A stretch of DNA of 64,000 nucleotides from Bispira polyomma (taxonomy: Eukaryota). Shown here piece by piece: positions 50,801 through 60,400 of the stretch. The stretch's first letter is position 1. The number at the start of each line of letters is the position of its first letter. Made by a program: the position numbers and the translations under genes. The notes beneath the pieces were generated by a model that saw only the letters and a program-made list of their open reading frames with translations, searched no databases and was not told the DNA's origin. The stretch lies in contig OZ287752.1 of assembly GCA_965649765.1 (NCBI GenBank), forward strand, positions 61,442,001 through 61,506,000, in the 5' to 3' direction.

Positions 50801-52235
50801 TACAAATACTCACCTGAATAACAAATTGAGCCCTCAAAAACTCCCTGAAAGTCTATACAGAAAACTATTCTTGTCAGTTAAAGAGTATATTGTTTGCAAT
50901 AAGATTCCGGTTATTTAGTGTAGTATTTTCTGCTATTAAGGTATAAATTCCTCTAAATTATTATAATAAGTTATATGAAATATGAAACTTCACCTTTATG
51001 AAGATTTTAACGTCTTGCTTTAAAAGTGGTTACAATGCCTTTCTGTTTATTGGACTTAGTATATTTGTTGTTGTTGCAAAGTTCAGAGTGACTCGTGGAT
51101 ATTTATTGAAGTAAGCGATGTTTACCTTTTGTTTATATTTAAATATTGAAGAATGGTATTAACATAATAAAATAATGGAGGTCATATAATTTTTGTCATA
51201 TAACTATCTTTGGCTGGCCCTATATTCGACTAATGTTATGACCTTGTGAGAACTTATCCTTAGATAGTTAACAAACAAGGGAATTTTGGCCGTAATACTG
51301 CCAACCCACAAAATATTTCTGATAAACTTGTGCCTTCTGTAATCCTAGAATTATTTGTCTAGTTGTTCTTCTATCTTTAGTTTATCTCATTATTTTTATC
51401 AGGCGCACCCTTGTGTTTTTATTCTAAAAAGGGCACCACCATTGTACCCAAGGTTGCGGCCATCTGAGAAATAATATGTAATGCCTTCATGGATTGGTTA
51501 GTATCAATCGACCTGTCCAAACTGAGGGGTGTCAGATTTGTGGCCATATAGACATGGGCCGTTGTCGTCCATAGGATTGATGCCCAGAGGAAAATAGTTT
51601 CCCCAATAACATATAATATTGCACTAAATACAGTAGAAGCCACTTAATTATTTAATTTGTCATTTTGGAATCGGAATTACACATTCGAAACCAAATACAT
51701 TAAAAACACACATTGTAATAACCCCTCCAATTGTGGTGATAATAACCATATATCATGGTTTTCATGTGTTATTCCTTAAACACATTTTTATGGTGTTGTT
51801 TACAAATTGAGGGCTTGTAAATTACTTTTGACCCAAATTTTATTAGAATAGACATAATAAACTTTTCTAGTCTTCCTGTACTATTTTACAGCAGCCATTT
51901 CGAGTTTGCAATTTTCAGTAGTAAACATGTATCGTGACGTCATGTTTTTTTTTTATTAAATCAACTTGTAAAAAAAAAAACACGGAAAACTTTCATGCTT
52001 TTTTTTCTGATGTGCACACTAATTTAAGATATCAGCTTCAGTATTTCTCACTTAATAATATCAAACAGTCTCTTTGTTTGACATTTCTCTGTTTACCCCT
52101 GATTGGATATGGGCCTATCAAATCTCCAAAGTCAAGAGGAAAAAAATAAGACATATCTGCTGATTTTTGCACTCCCTGACTAAAACAATCTGAAGCTTCT
52201 GCCGACATCTGATCTCCTCTGCTCTACACCTAGAT

Positions 52236-52618
52236 CGAATAATCTGTCCCTATTTAGCGAGATTCCTTGCTGTTATTTTGCCGATGAACTCACAAAAAGG
52301 GGCAGAATGGCTTCCATAAGGAAAACCTTGTATATCAAAATTGGCATATATAGAGATAGAATCTGGTAAAAATAAATACATCCCCTCATTCCTTATATAT
52401 GATATAGTAGCCGATTTTGTGTTATATCATGCCGATATGGTAGATAATAATTAATATAAAATAAAAACAAAACCACATACATATGTTTAACACTGTCAGC
52501 CATGTTACGTCAGTTTAAATTTACAATGTTTTCCTTATGGAAGCCGTTCTGTCCCTTTTCGTGAGTCCGTCAGCAAAATAACAGCAAGGAATCTCGCTAA
52601 ATAGGGACAGATTATTCG
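52236..52618. mobile_element. MITE with ~90-bp TIRs nested in an older MITE
   Basis: cgaataatctgtccctatttagcgagattccttgctgttattttg..ttccataaggaaaac is mirrored at ~52528-52618; ctcYacaccta is duplicated near both flanks. Confidence 0.85.
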
Positions 52619-53415
52619 GTTTACTCCACACCTAACACATGGGCATGCCTGCACTGTAAGTATTGGGATAAAAAGAAAATCAGCCGTTGTCTGACACATG
52701 GAAGCCTAGGCTTATTTCACATGTTTTCAATGTGTTGTTGTTGTAACATAATTTAATGTTTTAGTGTTTCAACTTTTCTATTAACCTCAGATAGAGTTTT
52801 TTGTTGCCGTTTCGTGGCTTTTTGTAGCTACTGGTGACAGAGTGGGTACCATTCCCAAAAGTTAGCAAACCTGACATATGGCGCCTATAACATAAAGAGT
52901 ATCATCTTTTTATTTAGTCTGTGGCTAATATATGGCACAATATTCTTACTTATGGCCAACCTATTTGAGCCCGTTCTGAGAACCTGTGTGGTCGGGGACA
53001 AACGTCTAACATATGGGCATAAACTGGGCATAAACTGGTGAGATCTTGTCAAAATTGGGCATATACTGGTCATAAACAGGGCTTAAACAGGGCATAAACG
53101 GGGCATGCAAAAAAATGCAAATGCAAATGAACATTTTCCCCCAATTTTGTCTCGACCAACCAAGTTTTAATGAGCCGGAGTAAACTGGTATAAACATGGC
53201 GAGAACTTGGACCGTCTGATTGCCACATTAAACCCCAGAGCTACTTTTCTGTTTTCTATTTGACATTTACCAATGACCCTTTTATGTCACCTTCATCTTG
53301 GATTGGCCTTTAACTGTTTTTAATGACATTAGTTATACTAAAGAGTACTTTTTTAGATACATTAAGCTTATCCTAGTCGTTTTTGGTGGTCAATTTATTG
53401 CCTTGCAAACTCTAA

Positions 53416-55295
53416 GGTGCCTTTCAAACTGCCAACCACACGACACTACACTACATGAGACAAGAGGAAAGTGACCTTGCGGTCACAAATCTCGGAGACA
53501 TGTGTCTATTTCTTGAGCTGTCTACCTAAAAGTAAACCAATATTATCTGTCAATGTATAAGTTACAAAAAAAAAAAAAAAATCTGTCTACCTGTCCACCT
53601 ATAACCTAAAACACAATGGTCAATATATAAGTTACAAAAAAGGAAATAAATTATTTGACAACCTATTTAAATATTAAAAAAATATTATCTGTCTACTTGT
53701 CAACTTGTCAACCTGTCTACCTAAAAGTAAAAAAAAATTAATCAACTGTCTATCTGTCGACATGTCAACATGTAACCTGACAGGTGGACAAGTTAAATTT
53801 TTTGATTGAAGGTAATTTTTATGGTTTAGGGTTAGGGTTTAGGGGAGTTAGCCATCATTCTTCAGCCTAAATATCTCTTACACTTAAATTTAGGGTTTAG
53901 GGTTAGGGCTTAGGGGAGTTAGCCATCATTGTTTAGCCTAAATATTTGTTACACATAAAGTTAGATATAATCCATTACCCCTTAAGCCTAAAATAATTTC
54001 AACCTGCCAGCTTATCTTTCTTAAATAATTAAAAAATTAGTCTACCTGTCGACCTGACTACCTAAAAAAAAAATAAAATTTCTACCTGTCTACCTGTCAG
54101 CCTGTCTACCTAAAAAAAATTTTTTTTTTGTTAACCTGTCGACCTAGAAAAATATATATATTTTTTTGTCAACCTGTCGACCTGTCTACCTAAAAAAAAA
54201 TAATAATATTTTTTTTTGGTCAACCTGGGGAAAAAAACATATATATAATATATATATATATATATAATAGGATCTATATTTCAATTTATTTAAATATCCC
54301 TACTGTTTGTGGTTATAATTCGGCCGCCTGTTGTAAATCGGCCCCCATACAATAAATGTGTCATAACTTCAGTTAAATTAATTAATTTATATAACAATAT
54401 TGTGCTTTATTAAAATATCAGTATTTTAATTATTTTACGTCAACCCTGTGGTTTATTTTGTAGTTAAAATTCAAAGTACCTATCGATACAGTGTTTTCAC
54501 TATAAATCCTTTAATGTCGCTCATTTCCGGGTCGCGTTTTGGATGAAACCTTGCCTTGTGTGTTAAATAAAAGATATTATAGTGAGGGAGGAAGTTCCGA
54601 AAGCCGAGTACCCCCATAAAACGCCCCAAATATGATGCGAATGTAGGCGAAAATAGAAGGAGTTCACAGACTTTGTCTCAACTTGTGTGTTAATAAAATA
54701 TATTCTAGCGAGATAGGAAGTTTTGAAAGCCAAGTACCCAATCGAAATGCCTCAAAAGTGATGAGAACGTAAGCGATTTGCAAGCCGCTTGTTTCAAATT
54801 ATATGAAAAGTGATGACGCCCACACAGAAATGCTAGAAACGAGTATCTGAAATACTTAAAAATAAAAAAAAGACTGTAGTGTGGCGCCGTCTAGCGGTCG
54901 AAACCAAAGTTAGAAGGTGTGTGTTCTCGCAAGTTAAAAGCAAAATTAGAGGAAATAGGTTTTCCCGTCAGTATGGGTGTATATATATATCGTTTATATA
55001 TCCCAAACCCTAGTCTTTGTCGCATATATACATATATACCTATTGAAACCTAGGAATCTCACTGGCCCCACAAAAAATGGACATAACAAAATATGCGGTA
55101 ATCGCGAGGTCAAAGGTTAAATCTTATTTTACAAACAAAATAAAAAAATAAATAGATATATTAAGGCTTCTGACTCGTCCTTAGTACCAACCACATATAA
55201 CTGCCAAAAAACGGTCTAAAATAATGGACGATATCTTCAAATCAAATTGCAGCGTGGTGTGGTGTAGTGTCGTGCAGGAGGCAGTCTGAATAACC
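53416..55295. mobile_element. Non-autonomous TIR element (~1.9 kb) containing nested repeats
   Basis: ttcaaactgccaaccacacgacactacac versus gtgtagtgtcgtgcaggaggcagtctgaa. The interior has acctgtc(t/g)acct repeats and ggtttagggttaggg blocks. Confidence 0.55.
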
Positions 55296-56544
55296 AATAT
55301 ATATTGCCCTATTCCTAGTTATATGTATATCTGTCAGACGCTTAAACCCCCTAAAAAAAGTTCAGCTCAGAAATATTTCCCCTTCCATCTCCTGTTAACA
55401 CGCATTGCTGCTCCTTTTAAACAAACAATATATATAGGTACAAGCTCATATGTTAGGAAGGTAGAACATTAATCTATTTTAACACTTTGGTTTTACAAAG
55501 GGTGTCTACTTAAATTTATTAAAAGTTGACACTTGTTAACAGGATAAAGGTCATGGTATGCGTACTTATAATGACAAAATCAGTCCATATGTGATCTTTA
55601 CATATGTGGTGTTATAGATTGTATAGATAGCTTACCCCCTTAGTTCCCTCCATGTACACCCCCTCCCCCCCCCTAACATCCTTCCTCACGACGTGGCAAT
55701 GGTTTTGGTACGTCCTCTAATGGTAAATTGATTCTGTTGTTGCGATTTAGAAGATTGCTCCGTTTACTAAGGCGCTTTAAAAGTACAAATCTACAATCTA
55801 GTGTGAACTAATTACTGCTTGCTAGGTGTGTGTGCTATTACTCTAGTTGAGCTCATGTGAATGGCCCATGTGAGTTGTTTTTACCAATCCCAAATTTTTA
55901 TCTAGTAAAGATAAAGCTGGTGAATTGTAGGAGCGGCTCAACAATGGACAGGTTAAACAGATGACGTCAATGTATGTGAGTATTCCAGCTGGTGTACCAT
56001 CTACGCACAGGTACAGTCAGGAGATAGGTCCAAACCACACTGATAAAGATACAAACTATAGCTCTCTCCTTGATAAGTAATTAGGTCTTCTGTCAATGAC
56101 TTGTACCCTTCACCAATCAAATATTCTCATCCACAAAGTCAAAACTTCAGTTTAGGTTCAAATAACTTACTGCTCCAAAAGGTTTGAAAAGTCTATTACC
56201 ACAAAGCAATGTAACACAAAAAATTACAATTTGAATCTATATTTGCAAAAAACACAAACCCTTAACTGCATAACAATCCTCAAGAATACCATCTCCTTAA
56301 AACATGTGTTGGCTGATGTCACCTCTTTTCAAATATACTATTTGTTGACAATTGCTAGAAATTAAGTTCATTTGCTTGTGGTTTGCTTATTCACAGCAAA
56401 CCCTTTTGTTTTATAAACATTCTGTGAAAACTTGTCAACAGTAAATTTGTTGAAATCAAGCAACGTCGTAGCTGTTTTTGACAAATAATGTAAAGTTAAA
56501 AAATAGGAAAACTATTTATTTTTTCTTAGAAAAGTATTTATCTT

Positions 56545-56816
56545 AAGTTGTGGTCCTCAAATGAGATTTGATTTGAAAGATAAGGCCACGTCATTACTTC
56601 AAGTAATGGTCCCTCAATGAGAGCTGAGCTGAAAGATAAGGCCAAGTCATCACCTCGTGTCACCAGTTATTATCTTAGACCCATCCTTAATTTTATCTAC
56701 ATGGTTTGGCCCGCAATGTCTCAAGGCATCATGTACACCATGCAATAATGCCTTTTATAAGTCCTTCTGTAAGGCAATAATTATCACTAGCAGTTATGAT
56801 ATTCTAGAGTATAAAA
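56545..56816 (+). promoter_or_regulatory. Putative protease promoter: TATAAAA plus duplicated GATA-containing module
   Basis: TATAAAA at 56810-56816. Two ~56-bp copies each contain TGAAAGATAAGGCCA(C/A)GTCAT (56574, 56630). Further WGATAR sites lie nearby. Confidence 0.6.
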
Positions 56817-56839
56817 TAGTGGGGTTATCTGTGAGTAAA

Positions 56840-56880
56840 ACCATACTTCTTGTCAACCCAGCTTGAGAAAGACATTGAAG
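56840..56880 (+). other. Putative non-coding first exon (5' UTR) of the protease gene
   Basis: Starts ~30 nt after the TATA box and ends at GAAG|gtgagc. The ATG at 57381 directly follows a pyrimidine-rich acceptor. The start coordinate is approximate. Confidence 0.6.
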
Positions 56881-57380
56881 GTGAGCAGAAGCAGTTTCTT
56901 TAAAGTATTCTAAACAGGAGCAAGATAAGTTATATTGGCATTTTGTTACATATTTGCTGTCAGGTTAGGAGTTAAGTCTGTATGTTGAGTGGTGAAACTT
57001 GTATAATAACAAGTCACCAGGCAACATTACCTCTGAGGTGTAGTGAATTAATTCTATTTAAACTTTCATCTAACAAAAGGAATTTGTAAGTTATTTATAC
57101 TACGTATTAGTATCTTTTAAAATCAAAATTAGAAACAAGCAAAAATAACAAGTTGCCGGCTGAAACGACAGAAACATTGAATCAACATTTGTTTTAAAAT
57201 GTTTATATTTACTTTTTTTTATTTTCGGCTATGTTGTTGCATGTATTATTAATCAAATCATACTTGTTAAATTAATTGAGCATGAAACTGATTTATTTCC
57301 CTAACAAGCTAGTTCAATACAAATGCCTGGTGTGTTTTTTTTTGTGAAATATATTTGCAACACTCTACACTCTCCCCCAG

Positions 57381-57485
57381 ATGTGGACCATACTGGCTGT
57401 ACTGTGTTTGGCTACTAGTGCTCTCGCCAGGAAGCAGTTCATTGTTGGCGGATCTGACCAAGACATTGCTGACTACCCATGGCAG
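57381..57485 (+). CDS. Protease coding exon 1: signal peptide, propeptide and IVGG
   Basis: cccccag|ATG; MWTILAVLCLATSALA-RKQF-IVGGSDQDIADYPWQ|gttagt. Confidence 0.93.
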
Positions 57486-60400
57486 GTTAGTCAAGTCTGT
57501 TAACCACAAATTTTCAGTCACATTTTAAATAATTTCACGTAGTAGCTCATCTCATGGTACTTCCAATGAAACTTGAAGTGCTAATACCAACATAGTAGAC
57601 TATTACACGAAACAGATGGAAATATTTTAGTTTGATTGAGTAAGGATAGCAGTATTTGTCACAACAATCAACTTCTTTGTGATTGAACAACACAGTTTGT
57701 GATCAATAGATCTTATAAATATATGTGACTTCTACACAAAATGTGTGATTTATATTTGTAGTAAGAACTTTCTTGTCATACTCGTGTAATGTATTGCTAG
57801 TATCATTGTACTGATGATGTCTTTAAAATTTCACTTTTAAATCTTAATTTTACAATGTTTGTGATACTTTTAATGACCATCAAAATATGCAATTCACATT
57901 AAACTGTGACTTGATGGGAAGGTGTCGCTTGATCACTAAATTATCTATGTTTTTAGACATTTTAGTACTGTTCTTGTACTGAAAGTAATTAATTGTCCTT
58001 CTCGGTGTCTCTTGTCTGGTTATGTTGTATATCTGGCATTTTATATTTAGGGATACTGGTACTGGTAGTCATAGAGTAGATGAAGTAATATGACCTTGTC
58101 CTTACACCTGTCATTGTATATGTAGGGTTCCTACAGAACCAGTACTAGAATACAGTAATTAGATGTAGTTATGCAACCTTGTTTATATACTTGTCATTGT
58201 ATATTTAGCAATCTTATAGAATTAGTACTAGAATTTTTTAAGTAGGTGTCGTTATATGACGTTGCCCTTATAGTTATCATTATATTTTGAGGGATCTCAT
58301 AGAATCAGTACTAGAATACTTGAAGTATTTAGAGTAATATTACCTTATACTGATCGTTGTACATTTAGGGATCCTACAGGACTGGTGCCAATAGTCACTC
58401 CTGTGGTTGTGTGTTTGTTGGTGGTGACTGGGTTTTAACTGCTGGACACTGTGGAGGGTGAGTATACAAATACATCTGTCAGGTCACAATATGTCATTTA
58501 CGATACTGACAATAGTGTTATTTCAAGATACTTGCATGGATTGTCTGGGAAATAGTGTGGAAAACCTAAAACATTTTATGTGACCGAACACGTAAAGCAG
58601 ATACAGAGTAATCGGTGTGTTTACTGGAAGTTGTTTTAGGTGATTACTGGAATCAGCGAGTGCTGGCTATAAAGTCTCAGATACAGGTCATTGCCATTGC
58701 ATTTGTCTTTTCTGGTAGAGGTAGGTTACCATGAGAAATCTAGGTGAGAGTTTGATTAAACTTTAATAATGTTAGCCTGTCAAATAATTTCACCTTTGAG
58801 TTGTGGTATAAGGGACAGTTGAAAAAAAGTAGTGTCTTTGACACTCATTATTTTGTATTATATTTTTATTCCATACGGAGTTTAGGCTCACTTCATTTCA
58901 TACCCAGCCTCGACTGTGTTTATTTAGTTTCCTGTCTCCTTTTCCATACCATGACGGGGGAGTATTTGCATTTTTAGGTTTAATGCTCAATATACATAGT
59001 TTAGGTTCAAAAGGTGTGTAGATTCCACCTATTGATATGGATATGGAGTTTGGTTTTTGTTTTACAGATCTACCCTATACTCAATGGAATTTGGAGGGAC
59101 AAACAGAGGATCGGGCACAGTATTTGGTGTATCAGCAGTGACTCGTGTAAGTAGTACAAACTTCAGCTTGTTGAAAACGCTGCTGCATGCTTGGTTTGCC
59201 ATGTGAGGAAATATAATCATGTGAAACATGTCCTCAAGTCTCTACATTGGCTGGCAATTTAACAATGTATCGAATATAAGATATTGCTACTATGTTGTTG
59301 TCTTGCGCCTGACTACATCACCATTCTCTTAATCCCATATTGCCCTGCTCATTCCTTGTGCTTAGAATCTCACAAGAACAAAAAGTAAAACCTTTGGAGA
59401 TTGTGAATATAGATCAGCAGCAAGACGATTGTGGAGCAGTCTGCCAATCAAGTTGAAATGTAGCAACATGGTTTTGGACTTTAAAAACAATTAAAAACTA
59501 CTTATTTAAATCAGTGTACAATTGTAAATGTGTCTTAATTCCTCTTTTGGAACCTACTTATATACTTTAAAATTGTAAAGCGTTTAATAATAAGCGCTAT
59601 ATAAATATAATGTGATGTAATGTAGTAGTATCGAAGTGTGTAGCAGCTTCTTATTCCGGGGGAGTTTTATTTAGGACATTCAGGTGTTGTATTGCATCCC
59701 TGTACTTAGTTTACAACATCATCCCCACAACTTAATTTACCTTGCTATAGTGGTATCGTCTGGAAGGGACCAGAAAATTTAAAAGTCATGGTAACGAGAT
59801 AAACTCTCTATAATGCAAAACAAGTGTAAACAATCAGTGTGTCCCAAAAGGGACAAAAACAAGACAAGTACCTAAAACAAACACATATCTTACTATACCC
59901 AACCAGACACGTATCTAGTGAAAACATATATTTTGCTTTATTGACACTACATCTATTTTACATGGAAGTTGGTCAAGGTTTTGACAACTACCATTCTTGG
60001 GCAAGTGAACTCCAGGTTCAAGACTGCAGAGGTGGGTGGCGAATGTGTCACTACTGCACCACTAAGGCCCTTTTTATTCAGAATAAAGTGATGAATTTAT
60101 TCAAATATACAAGGAATAATTGTCACTGTGTGTATCTCTTTGTTCAAACAAAATCTTCACAGCATCCAGAGTACGACCAAGGTCTTGGCTTTACCCCCAA
60201 TGACATTGCTGTAGTACAAGCTTCATCAGCTATCAGTGGTACCGACATCTCTCCTGCTACTATCGCCCCTAATGCTGTCAACCCTGGTGGTAATGGGTGG
60301 ATCACTGGCTGGGGTAGAACATGTGAGTTGGAGCTAAAATTATCGATGTGAATAGATATTATAATATATGTAAGTCTTTTAGATTGACGAAATTTTCAAC

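Noticed and set aside
53823-53916. True telomere or chromosome-fusion scar
   Set aside because: Only a few imperfect TTAGGG units, in one orientation, inside a repeat element.
59839-60162. N-terminal part of the 170-aa ORF
   Set aside because: It is intronic read-through; protease homology begins at the acceptor before 60163.
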